Below are positions 23,852 through 38,077 of a stretch of DNA of 64,000 nt, piece after piece. A program made the translations under genes and the position numbers. The notes beneath the pieces are model-generated. The model saw only the letters and a list, made by a program, of their open reading frames with translations, had not been told where the DNA came from and made no database searches. Within the stretch, counting starts at the first letter, position 1. Every line of letters starts with the position of its first letter. The DNA is from Octopus vulgaris (taxonomy: Eukaryota), in the NCBI GenBank assembly GCA_951406725.2, contig OX597836.1:33418001-33482000 (forward strand), written 5' to 3'.

Positions 23852-24520
23852 GTGCATGTATGTGTGTGTGTGTATATATATGCATGTATATGTATGCGTA
23901 TATATATGCATATAAATGTTCATGTATGTGTGTGTGTGTGTTTATATATATGCATGTATATGTATGCATATATATATATATGCATGTACGTGTGTGTATA
24001 TATATATGCATGTATGTGTATATAAATATATATGCATGTATGTGTATGTATATATATGCATGTATGTGTGTGTATGTATATATATGCATGTATGTGTGTG
24101 TATGTATATATATGCATGTATGTGTATATAAATATATATGCATGTATGTGTATGTATATATATGCATGTATGTGTGTGTATGTATATATATGCATGTATG
24201 TGTATGCATATATATGCATGTATGTGTGTGTATATATATATATATATAATGTTGGGGGTGGTGACCATTAATGATTTTTTTACAACAATATCCGACAAAA
24301 TTCGCGTCTCTCTCAACTCTCCCCAGCGACATTCCTAATTGCAAGAAGGCTGCCGTACAGTCTTTACATGGCCGGATGCTTTCCCCAAGAAATATATGAA
24401 GAACAGCCATGGCATAAGTGCAGTCAAAGTCTAGCTTCTTGGTGCTCGGTGAATCTCCAAGTATTGGACCCATGGAATAATAAGATTACAACGATATGCA
24501 TGTATATATGTCAGTTTATA

Positions 24521-24922
24521 TACTCTTTTTACTTGTTTCAGTCATTTGACTGCGGCCATGCTGGAGCACCGCCTTTAGTCGAGCAAATCGACCCCGGGAC
24601 TTATTCTTTGTAAGCCCAGTACTTATTCTATCGGTCTCTTTTGCCGAACCGCTAAGTGACGGGGACGTAAACACACCAGCATCGGTTGTCAAGCAATGCT
24701 AGGGAAACAAACACAGACACACAAACATATTCACACACTTATATATATATACATATATACGACAGGCTTCTTTCAGTTTCCGTCTACCAAATCCACTCAC
24801 AAGGCATTGGTCGGCCCGGAGCTATAGCAGAAGACACTTGCCCAAGATGCCACGCAGTGGGACTGAACCCGGAACCATGTGGTTGGTTAGCAATCTACTT
24901 ACCAAACAGCCACTCCTGCGCC
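24521..24922 (-). mobile_element. SINE family A, full length
   Basis: Ends CACTCCTGCGCC (head) on +; near consensus throughout. Confidence 0.92.
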
Positions 24923-25100
24923 TATGTGTGTATGAATTTTATAATATTTATGTAACTATCCATCTTATATATAACACCCTATCTCCCTCATCTCTCTTTT
25001 TCTTTTTACATGATGTAATTAATTTGTTCATCAATAAAAACACGTTTGAAACAGCTGTAGCGAACTTCTACCTATCTGTGTTATTAAATAGTTCATAGAT

Positions 25101-25670
25101 AAGGCGGCGAGTTGGCAGAAACGTTAGCACGCCGGGGGAAATGCTTAGCGGTATTTCGTCTGCCGTTACGTTCTGAGTTCAAGTTCCACCGAGGTCGACT
25201 TTGCCTTCCATCCTTTCGGGGGCGATAAATTAAGTACCAGTTACGCACTGGGATCGATGCAATCGACTTAATACCTATGTCTGTCCTTGTTTGTCCCTCC
25301 TATGTTTAGCCCCTTGTGGGTAATAAAGAAATAGGTATTACGTTCTGAGTGCAAAATTCCGCTGAGGTCGGCTTTGCCTTTCATCCTTTCGGGGTCGATA
25401 AATTAAGTACCAGTTACGCACTGAGGTCGATGTAATCGACTTAACACCTATGTCTGTCCTTGTTTGTCCTCTTTGTGTTTAGCTCCTTGCGGGTAATAAA
25501 GAAATAGGTATTTCGTCTGCCGTTACGTTCTGAGTTCAAATTCCACCAAGGTCGACTTTGCCTTTCATCCTTTTGGGCTCGATGAATTAAGTACCAGTTG
25601 CGTACTGAGGTCGATCTGATCGACTGGTCCTCTACTCACAAAATTCGGGCCTTGTGCCTAGAGTAGAAAG
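25101..25670 (+). mobile_element. SINE family B trimer
   Basis: Head AAGGCGGCGAG.TGGCAGAAACGTTAGC. Bodies are joined at GAAATAG|GTATT (25334/5, 25507/8). The last body has the alternative tail. Confidence 0.92.
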
Positions 25671-25819
25671 GTATTTAGGGTTCACAGATGCGATCCAGAG
25701 ATTCTCATTGTAGAAGACGCTTAGTAGTGCCCAAAAGAGACGGCGATGTGTTTACAGGGGCGAGTATAGGGGCCGTATGTAGGCATAATTGCCTGTATAT
25801 ATATATATATATATATATA

Positions 25820-26020
25820 CACTACAATAGCTTCGGTTTCAGAGGACCACAACTCTTCAATATCCTTCCTAAATGCCTGAGATACCTGCATATTGTGGAT
25901 GTGGGTTTCTTTAAAACTAAACTGGATCTCTTCTTGTCAGAGGTCCCAGATGAACCTACCTCTCGGCAGGAAACACAGATGCGGGCAAAAGCATCGAACT
26001 CCCTTGTTGATCAGGTGCCA
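25820..26020 (+). mobile_element. CR1-group LINE ORF2 C-terminal relic
   Basis: HYNSFGFRGPQLFNILPKCLR...FKTKLDLFLSEVPDEPTS...ASNSLVDQ matches the SFxxRxxxLxNxLP...FKxxLD C-terminal pattern of CR1-like ORF2. A degenerate copy lies at 40070-40260. Confidence 0.7.
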
Positions 26021-26048
26021 CAGCCTTCGAGCAGGAACATTTTTAAGG

Positions 26049-26107
<59 letters not shown>

Positions 26108-26847
26108 AAAGTAAAGAAATATATACAAACTCGGACAAGAACGTGAAACATTTAGAAGACGACACAAAAAAAAAAAAAAAACACGGACGAGACATTCGAA
26201 GCCCTCAATCATCAGTCAAGAACCGGATCATCTTCGCAATTTCGGCTGATTAATCTTATATATATAGCTTAGCTTTTATGCCAAATTATACCTAAAAGCA
26301 ATTAACACTGAGCTGAAGAATTACTTGGTACTTTTTGATTGAGTACCTGTTTATTGAACTTCGAAGTCACTCATCTCTATGCTTGGAAAAAAATCTAACA
26401 AACACACACACACACATTCACAACCACATCTACGCGTGCCTGTGTAACGTATATGCACAAGCACTCACGTTTCTATTTATATACACATATATACGTTTGT
26501 GTGCGCGCGTGTGTGTACACGCACGCGCTCTTTACAAGAGATTTTCAAGGCCAAAAATTGAGAATTTGGAAGCAATCCTTCGGATTTAAAATAAAAACGG
26601 CACCAATACAAATGGAAAAAGATGTGTGTGTGTGTGTCTGTGTGTATGCATAATATATAAGATATTTTCCCAATTTATATTCCTGTATGTTATATTTTAA
26701 TAATAACTGGTATCTTTACATATTAATATATTTTACATGTAAAGCATAATATGTTGTACATGTACGTATGTTATTGTAATCATCAGTTTAGTAAATAAAT
26801 AATAAGTTGACATAATATAATGTCTAAAAGTTGATGAATACCACCTA

Positions 26848-26889
26848 TTGATCCCCTCCATTTTCTTATTGCTCTCTCTCTCTCTCACT

Positions 26890-26939
<50 letters not shown>

Positions 26940-27101
26940 TGGTTTGTGTGTGTATATATATATATATACACACACACACACAAAGCAATAAATTATATAT
27001 ATAGACACAGCACATATATATATACACAGTAATATATGTATATTTACGCTTGTAAAATATACATACATTCATATATAATGATCCCCTCTATTTTCTTATT
27101 G

Positions 27102-27188
<87 letters not shown>

Positions 27189-27290
27189 AAAAGCAAGAAA
27201 TTATATATATAGACAGCACACATATATATACACACAGTAATATATGTATATTTATGCTTGTAAAATATACATACATTCATATATATATAT
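26848..27290. repeat. Local tandem duplication (~230-bp unit) containing (CT)n(AT)n tracts
   Basis: TGATCCCCTC.ATTTTCTTATTGCTCTC...GCTTGTAAAATATACATACATTCATAT occurs twice. Confidence 0.85.
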
Positions 27291-27496
27291 AACATATATA
27301 TACGAAGTATAAGAGACGTGTACTCAACAATAAATATTGTGGAATCTTCGAGTTTTATTGTAAGATTATTTTTATTATAACTTTACTTAACCACATACCT
27401 TTATCTCTCTATGTGATCAGCCTACCTGAGACTGTGTACGCAAAATTTAATCTTAAATACTGTTTAAATTCTGATTATTGACGCTAAAACAAAGAA

Positions 27497-27531
<35 letters not shown>

Positions 27532-28182
27532 TCCAACCCAGACATCAACGTAGAAGTTTTTACGGGGTCGTTCGACTTGGGAAAAAAAATAGCAGCCAAA
27601 TCTAACCTCAAAACCTCCACAAAGACAAAACAACGAAAACGATACAATAGATTTGGGTAATCAGATGCGATGTTTCAATTACAGGCGACAAAGCCACGGT
27701 TGTAACGCTTGTGATAACAAAGCCTCGTAAAACAAGTCAACAGAAGGGATAAGACAGGTGCTCGTCCATATCCTAGAAACAACAGCTAAACCACAATACA
27801 GTAAGCAGGTACACTAAGCTTTAAAAAAACAACGTAAAGGAGTGGCTGTGTGGTTGAAGCATGTAGTTTGGGGTTCAGTCCCACTGCGCGGCACCTGGGG
27901 CAAGTGACTTCCATTGTGGCCCCGGGCTGACCAAGACCTTGCGAATGGATTTGGTGGACGGAATTTGAAAGAAGCCTTTCGTGCGCGCGCGCGCGCGCGT
28001 GTGTGTGTGTGTGATGCATTGTGCTTGTGTGAGTGCATGAGTATATATATATATACTGTTTGATTTGCCTAATAGTGGTTTTCTCTCTAATTTAATATAA
28101 TATAATATAATTTATTTATACTATAAAATTGGATTTAATCCTAAATCTCATTTTTCCCTGTAAGTTTGGATTTATTCCCTAA

Positions 28183-28213
<31 letters not shown>

Positions 28214-28447
28214 TATATAAATATAACTTACTTGGAAAAGGATGCGTGACGTTCGATCATATAATAATATAAATAATATATAAATATATGCATATATACA
28301 TACATATATGTACATATCTACATCTACATGCATATATGGGTACAGGACATAAAAAAAAACGTTGGACACGATGAGAAACGAAATCATAGGAACAAAAACA
28401 TGGAAACGAACTTTTTTTCCAAACAACGAAAAAACAGAGTACAAGAA

Positions 28448-28477
<30 letters not shown>

Positions 28478-28478
<1 letters not shown>

Positions 28479-28632
28479 GAGGCGCAATGGCCAAGTGGTT
28501 AGAGCAGCGGACTTGCGGTTGGCCTGCTCGCTTAGCCAGCGGGGTGGCGTCTTCTGAAGGCTAAAACAAGGCGAAGCGCATTGTGACCAGCGATGTGTAG
28601 CAACATCTGATAGCCTGGTCGGTCACGGTGAT
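28478..28632 (+). mobile_element. Internally deleted tRNA-headed SINE (family C head, family E tail)
   Basis: GGAGGCGCAATGGCCAAGTGGTTAGAGC is joined directly to the tail TGTGACCAGCGATGTGTAGCAACATCTGATAGCCTGGTC, also seen inverted at 19595-19650. Confidence 0.7.
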
Positions 28633-29259
28633 ATATATATATATATATATAGCCACAATATACACACATGTATGTAAACAAAAACGTGTGCACACACTAT
28701 ATACATACATGTGTGTGTGTGTGTATATATGTATATGTACATACATATGTATATACACATATACACACAAACATATATAGATGTTTATGTACGCATGAAC
28801 CCCTCGGCATGTGCACGAATATTTGTGTGTGTGTATACGCAAGGTTAAACTCGTTCGTCTATGTTTAAATGTTCAATTACTTTTGTTCTTAATTTTTTTT
28901 CTTTCTAACATGTGATGTCAACCACGGAAACAACAACAACAAAAAAAGAAAAGATATTTCGCTAACAGAGACATTCTTACAAATTACAAAAAAAAAAAAT
29001 GAAACGAGGAAACAAGAAAAAAAATCCCTAAGAAATGTGGGGGGGGGGGGAAGGAAAGAAAAGAAAAAAAAATCTTTGTTGTAAGACATGGATGGAACCA
29101 ACAATAATGGCCTTAACTGACCAGATGTGAACACACACACACACACACACACACACATGCGCGCGCTTTGTCTATTGTGTGGTGTGTACGTACAAGTTAT
29201 TTTTCTGGTTTCTGTCGCTGGCCTGTGCAGCCACACAAGGCCCCGCCTGTATATTTATG

Positions 29260-29570
29260 TCTTTATTGCCCACAGAGGCCTAAACAAGGTCAGGCAAACG
29301 GATTAAGTCGAATTCATCGATCCCCCAGTGCGTAACTGGTACTTATTGAATCGACCCCCGAAAGGATGAAAGGCAAAGTCGACCTCGGCAGAATTTGAAC
29401 TCAGAACGTAAAGATATGACGAAATGCTGCTAAGCAAATGATGATGGTTCTTTATAATACAGGCACAAGGCCTGAAATCTGGGGGACGGGGGATAGTCGA
29501 TTACATCGACCTCAGTACGCAACTGGTACTTAATCTATAGAGCCTGAAAAGATGAAAAGCAAAGTCGACC

Positions 29571-29571
<1 letters not shown>
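29260..29571 (-). mobile_element. Two partial SINE family B copies
   Basis: GATGAAAGGCAAAGTCGACC core twice. Confidence 0.75.
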
Positions 29572-29602
<31 letters not shown>

Positions 29603-29958
29603 GGAACGTGGTTACAAATGAAACGTCAAATGTTTTGGTGCGTGACTTTTGGCCCATCCTCTGTATGTATGTATGTATGTATGTATGTATGTATGTATGT
29701 ATGTATGTATGTATGTATGTATGTATATATGTATGTATGTATGTATGTATGATGTGTGTGTGTGCTGTGTTTGAGAGCGAGCGCAGGTGTTTTAAGTATG
29801 AACCTATGAACCAAGACAATGCTACGGATATGAACATTTTTTGGTCAAATAAGCCGCAACGATGAAACGATTAAGAAAATACCCGGTGAAGAAGAACAGT
29901 GATGTTTGTCATAATAAAATATACCTAATAGGTAACTGTTTGCGTATGTGTGTGTGTG

Positions 29959-29997
<39 letters not shown>

Positions 29998-30843
29998 CAC
30001 ACACACACACAATATGTAGATATAATTTCATGCCATGTTTACAAATTGCTATCAAGAAATTTGACCACAACTATCTTCTGTAGACTGACGTCTGACTGTC
30101 TGTCTATCTATCTATTTATATCAAATAATTATAAAGAATACGGAGACTTATACATCAAATCTTTCTCTTAATTTTACAATTGGTTGGTCATAGAGCACAA
30201 TTAGCTGAGTTAGCCGTTACCTGGAACATACCCGAGAGCTACCACGGTGCCCGCCTGGATAATTTATAACTATAAACACCTTATATATATATATGTATGT
30301 ATGTATGATGTATGTGTGTGTGTGTGTGTCATAACAACGGATAGACCCGCGGAATAACAGTTCTTGAATCCTACATTAGAACCATAGAAATCTAAAAACA
30401 TAAGTGTGTATAAATGTGTGTATATTTTATATATATATTTGTGTGTGTGTATGTGTATATATAATTTTTTTTAAAAACTATTCTCGGCTTGTACGTGGAA
30501 GGAAATGACAGCGAATGATGAAGGGGAGAAATTGTGATTGGAAACGAATTCTTTATCTGGTGCGATAAAAGATCTTAGCTAAGCACTGGCACTATATATA
30601 TGCGAACGAGTTTGTGTATGTATAATATACACACACACATATGCATATTTATATACACAGACCTTGTAATTGTGTGTGTGTCTTTCAGTTATATATATAT
30701 ATATATATATGTAATTATTTGGACTTAGCATTCACCGTTTGGGCTACCTGATTGTCATTCATCCACAGTTACGGGTATAATTTCCACCGGATCAACATCA
30801 GCAATTCCGCAGTGCTTGTTTGGTTTATAATTGACGACGGATT

Positions 30844-30852
30844 GTGTGTGTA

Positions 30853-30918
<66 letters not shown>

Positions 30919-30977
30919 ATTTTTTTTAATGAAAAAATGGCTACGTCCGATAATGTATGAGGTAATCCTTGTACAGC

Positions 30978-31022
<45 letters not shown>

Positions 31023-31455
31023 TATACAAACATACATATATGTATATATAAAAATATATATACACATACATATTATATATACATATATATAAATACATGC
31101 ATATACATACATATATATATACATACATATACATACATATATATATATACATACATATACATACATATATATATACATACATACATACATATATATATAT
31201 GTATACATACATATATATATATGTATACATACATATATATGTATACATACATATATATGTATACATACATATATGTATACATACATATATATGTATACAT
31301 ACATATATATGTATACATACATATATACACACACACACACATACACACACATATATATATATACATACATATATATACATATATATATATATATACATAC
31401 ATATACATAATATATATACATACATATACATATACATATATATACATACATATAC

Positions 31456-31526
<71 letters not shown>

Positions 31527-31542
31527 CATATATATACATACA

Positions 31543-31608
<66 letters not shown>

Positions 31609-31763
31609 CATACTTAAATATACATACATATACACACATACATATACATACATATATATACATACACACATACATATACATACATACATATACACACACA
31701 TACATACGTACATACATACATACATACACACACACATATATATACATACGTATATACATATAT

Positions 31764-31808
<45 letters not shown>

Positions 31809-31874
31809 TATACACACACATATATATATATATATATATACATACACATATGTATACGTACATACATACATATG
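30844..31874. repeat. ~1-kb compound (TG)n/(TA)n/(TACA)n microsatellite
   Basis: Direct reading; this tract is the source of the 250-360 aa Y/I/H/T/C/V-only ORFs. Confidence 0.95.
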
Positions 31875-32007
31875 TAAGGCTTTTCTCGGATGTAGAATGT
31901 TAGATTTGTTTTCGTTATTTACATTCCAAAGATTGGGTTTTTTGTATCTTTGTTAGAAACCAGCTTCTTCTTCAAAGGAAAAATTTAACCGATTAAATAC
32001 AGAAAAA

Positions 32008-32052
<45 letters not shown>

Positions 32053-32129
32053 ATTTTTGAATATATGCGTGTGGGTGTGTGTAATATATTTGGGATATCA
32101 ATCATATATCTCTTATCTTTGTTGTTGTA

Positions 32130-32930
32130 GTAGTGGTGAGCTGTGGTCATGCTGGGGCACCATTGCATCGAAGGGATCAATCGAAACAAATCGTCTCCGG
32201 AGCTCACGTTTTTATTTCTGAATCTCGGCCACCTCTTGCCGAACCGCTAATTGACTGGGACGTAAACAAACCAATACCGGTTGTCAAGCGGTTGATGGGG
32301 TCAAACATAAACATCCCCATCCTATAAATCTATATATACACACACACAGATATACACATACATATGTGTGCATATACATACCCACACACATACATGTGTG
32401 CATATACATACATAAATATATACACATACATACGTGTGCATATACACACACATATGAGTGCATATACATACATATACATACACATGTGTGCATATACATA
32501 CACACACACATATGTGTGCATATACATACACACACACATATGTGTGCATATACATACACACACATATATGTGTGTGCATATACATACACACACACAGATA
32601 TGTGTGCATCTACATGCATATACACACACACACACATTTATGTGTGCATATACATACACACACACAGTGTGCATATACATACACACACACAGTGTGCATA
32701 TACATACACACACACACAAATAAATATATTTAATACACAAACACACTCTCACACACGACAGGCTTCTTTCAGTTTCCGTCTACCAAATTCACTCGCAAAG
32801 CTCTGGCCTGCTTGAGACTGTAGCAAAAGACACTAACCCAAGGTACCGAGCAGTGGAACCGATCCCAAGACCACATGATTGGAAAGCAACCTTTCTCAAC
32901 CACTCTACCACACAGCCACGCATGCGCCTA
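32130..32930 (-). mobile_element. Old SINE family A with its internal microsatellite expanded into a ~430-bp minisatellite
   Basis: The 3' half (32130-32310) and 5' half (32755-32930) are separated by repeats of ATGTGTGCATATACATACACAC. Confidence 0.75.
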
Positions 32931-33410
32931 CGAGTATACCATAAACATTTATAATTTAGTAGATGAAAATAGTAATAAATTTTATACGGTAAGTCATAGA
33001 ATGAACGTATAATGAACAATATATATGTGTGTGTGTGTTTAATCGTAAAAGTGTTATATACAGAACATGTCATAATGATATATAATGATATATGTGCATA
33101 GCATGGATCCTATGTTGATTATCGACAAATTAAGCTATATTTGGCAAATAAACTTTGATGAGAAGTAACAAGCCAGTGTCAAATATATTGGATTGTTATG
33201 TTATGTGGATAGATTCACTAAATATCAATGTTGGCCTTGCCTTTCTATTTTCTTTTCTTTCTTTCTTTTTTTGTTTTTGTTTGCTGTCATTTTTGACGAC
33301 ACGGGTATACTATAGCATGTATGAATTTTCCGTTGCACCACAGACACACACACAAGTATTATTCTTTTACGTTTCAGCCTTAAGGTTGTGGTCATGCTGG
33401 AGCACCTCCA

Positions 33411-33452
<42 letters not shown>

Positions 33453-33461
33453 GTGTGTATA

Positions 33462-33512
<51 letters not shown>

Positions 33513-33561
33513 ATATATATGTATGTATATATATATGTATATATATGTATATATGTATATG

Positions 33562-33608
<47 letters not shown>

Positions 33609-33867
33609 GTTTATATATATGAATTTTATAAATTACTTCGAAAGTAGGGGAGATAATTCGCTTTGAGAACGGTCAAACTCGAAGTAGATAAAGCTATGAA
33701 TAAATGGCGCGTAAACTTAAACAAAGGATTGCTTTGGTCCAATGGTAGAACGCCTGCGGGTCTCCAGATGTTGGGTTCGAATTCTACGGGCAGCCTTCGA
33801 CTGATGACTGCATTTCACTGTTATTCCGATTTTTTTTTCAATTTACATCGTAGTTTAAAGCCTGTAG

Positions 33868-34027
33868 TAGGAGGTGGGGTAGGCAAAATGCGGCTCGCGG
33901 GACTTTTGGAACGGCACGCCAAAACGAACAAAATTAATTGAAATTTCTTTTTAGAAGTGCGGCCCGCTTCATGGTGAACCATATGTCATGAGGCCCTGCT
34001 GACGATGAAACAAGCCGCCCAGGCCAG
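33868..34027. mobile_element. Degenerate hAT-like MITE (related copy at ~6075-6237)
   Basis: Shared GGCACGCCAAA...TTAGAAGTGCGGCC.GC; the GGGGTAGGCAAAATGCGGC start resembles hAT/Charlie MITE ends. Confidence 0.4.
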
Positions 34028-34257
34028 GTTTAAACTAATTATCCATCTCATTGCAAACACACACAAAATTTTATTGACAGCGACTTCGGCGTTTCGTCTG
34101 GTAATGTGACTTATGCAATAACATAGTAAAAAAATGTTAAACACTATACTCCTATAGATGTGTTGAGTACTTCATTCGGTCGTTCTTCGTTACCACTTAT
34201 TTTTTTTTTTTTACTGCGTATATAAATTAAGAAATATAAATAAATGGACTAACAATA

Positions 34258-34640
34258 GGAGCAGGCGTAGCTGTGTGGTAAGAAGCGTGCTTGGCAATCA
34301 CATGGTTCCCAGTTCAGTCCCACTCCGTGGAACCTTGGGCAAGCGTATTCTATAGCCTCGGGCCAACCAAAGCCCTGTGAGTGGATTTGGTAGACGGAAA
34401 CTAAAAAGTCCATCGCGTGCGTGCGTATGTATGTATGTGTGTGTGTCTTTGAGTCTATGCTTGTTCCCGCCTCATCGCTTGAGAACCGATGTTGGTGTGT
34501 TTACGTCCTCGCAACTTAGTATTAGGCTTACAAAGAATAAAGTCCTGGAGTCGACTAAATTCTTCGACTGAAATCCTTAAGGCGGTGCTCCAGCATTGCC
34601 GCAGTCGAATAACTGAAACACACGAAAGAATAAAAGAATA
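34258..34640 (+). mobile_element. SINE family A, diverged
   Basis: Family head, core and tail are recognisable. Confidence 0.8.
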
Positions 34641-36267
34641 TCAGCGAAACACACACACACACCATGTGGTTCTGAACCATTTTTTGCACATGGATCCCTT
34701 TCATTTCTATTTTACGTTATTGGACCCTAATTTTAAAAATTAAAACAATTCTTATTTATTGTTTTGTAACGAAATATTATTGGGATTTGCATTTCAAAAA
34801 TTGTTACAATATTTTGTGAACTGTTTATTGTACATAAATTTCAACAAGAAAATTTTTATATATGGACCCCTAAGGGTTATTGACCCTGGCTGAAAACTAC
34901 TGTATAGAAGAAGATGAAGAACAAAAATAAAAAAATAAAAAGCCATTGCGTAAAAACCGACCCCGCAAGTTGAACTCGTGATCCGCTTTGTTAGAATATA
35001 TATCTAAAAGAGAGCTACATGATAAAAAAATTATGTTAAAAGTAAATATATGTAAATGAAGAATTTGGCGGTAATATACACACACACACACACATATACG
35101 TACATCTGTATGTATATATATATATGTGTGTGTGTGTGTGTGATTGTGTGTGCGTGTGTTTAATTCACACACACACACACATATATACATATATATCTAT
35201 ATATATATATATATATATATTCACACACACAAATGCGTACATATATTGGTAAATTCACATATATATTTATATACGTATACATTCAGATATAAATAAATGT
35301 TTATACATTCAATAATTCCACACACAAACACACCCACACATATATATATATATATACACATATATATACGTACACATACATATTCACATATATATATACA
35401 AAGCAAGTTGATTCAAGTCAATTCTACATTATCCTCTGTGTGTGTGTGTGTGTGTATGCATGGTGTGTTTACATGTATGTATAAGGAATGCTTGAACGTA
35501 AGAGAGAGAGAGAGACACACAGAAGAAGAGAAGGAAAGAGAGAGAATGAGAAGGTAGTAGATAGTTACAGAAGAAGGACGATAGAGGAACCAGCCGCGCG
35601 CTCATGTGTGTGCAGTGGTAGAGAGAGAGAGAGAGAGAAAGAGAAGGTTCTGTTAAAACTGAACTGGTTTGTTTCCTCTTTACAACATATTTAAAGAGGC
35701 AGCCGAAAGTTGGCTGTTGTATGTAGTTAAGAGGCCTTTTTAAGCTGATGAGATAGATACAGGGCCGGCCTGGCAATGGGGACCGATATTTCAAAATAGC
35801 CTCGAACACGAAATGTTTTAAATAGCGAATGCGTGGGTGTATATGTTTTTAAGTACACATACACATTAAAAAATAAAATAAAAAAACAGAAACATACGCA
35901 TAAAATAGATATACGTTTTAACAAAATGTGTGTATTACTTTAACAATATGTATGTATGTATGTACAGCGTAGCCTAGAAGTAAATAACATTTGCGAAAAC
36001 TTGTGCATTCCGTGTTTGCTAACACACACATAAGTGCATCCGTGAATGAGTGTGTGTGTGTGTCTATCAATCAAATCTATCTGCCTATCTACCTATCTGT
36101 TCCGTTTTAATCACAAATTGTCCGACGAACGGGAACGTAGTGATGATTGTGCAGCTTCTATAAATAAAAGCATATTACTCTACCATTCGTATTCGAGTAC
36201 TATTTTCCCCCCACCTTGTTTTGCACTTCTGTGCTCACCTGTGTGTGTACATGTGTATATAGACACT

Positions 36268-36311
<44 letters not shown>

Positions 36312-36376
36312 TACCTGCATAGTCAAACACAAATATAAATATACATACATTATATACGTGTGCCTGTGTATATGTG

Positions 36377-36455
<79 letters not shown>

Positions 36456-36579
36456 TACGTATATATTTTGAGTATTGAACTAATAATATACCTTGTTTGT
36501 CTGTCGTGTTTATTTGTACAATTTTTTTACCACATACATATATGTTTATGTATATGCAAGTGTAACGAAATTAGATAAC

Positions 36580-36621
<42 letters not shown>

Positions 36622-36623
<2 letters not shown>

Positions 36624-37331
36624 CGAAGGCGTGTTTGTATGGTAAGAAGCTTGCTTCCCAACCACATGGTTCTGGGTTCAGTTCCCACTGCGTGGCACCT
36701 TGGACCGACTAAAGCCTTGTGACTGGCAAACAGAAACTAAAAGAAGCCCGTCGCTGGTGTGTTTGTGTCCCCGTAACCAAGCGGTTCGAGAAAAGTAACT
36801 GATCGAATAAGAACTAGGCTTACAAAGAATAAAGGTCCTGGGGGTTGATTTCTTCGATTAAAAAACCCTTTAAGGCTGTGCTCCTTAATGACTGAAACAA
36901 GTAAAAGAATATATATATATAGGCGCAGGAGTGGCTGTGTGGTAAGTAGCTTGCTTACCAACCACATGGTTCCGGGTTCAGTCCCACTGCGTGGCATCTT
37001 GGGTAATTGTCTTCTGCTATAGCCCCGGGCCGACCAATGCCTTGTGAGTGGATTAGGTAGACGGAAACTGAAAGAAGCCTGTCGTATATATGTATATATA
37101 TATATATATATATAAGTGTGTGTATATGTTTGTGTGTCTGTGTTTGTCCCCCCAGCATTGCTTGACAACCGATGCTGGTGTGTTTACGTCCCCGTCACTT
37201 AGCGGTTCGGCAAAAAAGACCGATAGAATAAGTACTGGGCTTACAAAGTATAAGTCCCGGGGTCGATTTGCTCGACTAAAGGTGGTGCTCCGGCATGGCC
37301 GCAGTCAAATGACTGAAACAAGTAAAAGAGT
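36622..37331 (+). mobile_element. Two tandem SINE family A copies (old deleted 36622-36910; young 36922-37331)
   Basis: Both start after (TA)n with GGCG.AGG.GTG..TGT.TGGTAAG. Confidence 0.9.
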
Positions 37332-37414
37332 ATATATATGTATGATTAGTAAAATTTTTTGGTAGAAATGACTAATGTCCCTCTTAGCGTGTGGCATGTA
37401 TGTGTAATAATGCC

Positions 37415-37449
<35 letters not shown>

Positions 37450-37851
37450 CACAAATGTGTGTGTATTTCAATATGTACACACGCTCTCGGATAAATTTTC
37501 CGTTGTGTTGCTGCGAACTGAAGCAACTTGTATCGATAAACCTTTCATTATTTCTTTCGGCTAGTTCACGGCCTCCTTTATACGACCTTCTAATTACAAC
37601 AATCAGGTGTCCATCAAAAACTTAAGTCTTACACGGGAAAGAAAAGGATGCATTTGAATAATGGACGTCGATCAAGCATCTTGTTAAAAATTCCCCCAAC
37701 CACTTGGATGGAGTATTTTAAAATAAAAAAATTTTTTTTTCAAATTTTCTCCACTAATGTAACTTTTTAATAATAAATTTATAAAAAAAATAAGTGAATG
37801 CAATTTCGTCGTCAGCATACAAAACTACATTTTTTCTAGGAACCCCACCAC

Positions 37852-37898
<47 letters not shown>

Positions 37899-38077
37899 TT
37901 GAAGAATTTCAGGTAGTTGAAAGGAATTTAACAAGATCCTGTGATAGGAACCCCACCACAAAAAAAAAAAAATAATAATTTGAAGAATTTCAGGTAGTTT
38001 GGAAGGAATTTAACAAGATCCTGTGATGTACCTGTTGTACAAAATAATAATAATAATAATAATAATAATAATTCGTT

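Noticed and set aside
24250-24480. Unique-looking minus-strand ORF segment MGPILGD...CKDCTAAFLQLG...YCCKKIINGHHPQ
   Set aside because: No convincing splice sites or recognisable domain, and it runs into microsatellite. A BLASTx would be needed to revive it.
24686-24955. Recurrent ORF motif YDGLLSVSVYQIHSQG...EDTCPRCHAVGLNPEPCGW seen in many ORFs
   Set aside because: It is the antisense translation of SINE family A, not a protein family.
30769-31903. Long ORFs of 250-364 aa (and similar ones at 23625-24473, 57199-57891, 62087-62752)
   Set aside because: They are translations of (TA)/(CA)/(TG) microsatellites, which lack stop codons in all frames; composition is almost only Y, I, H, T, C, V and M.
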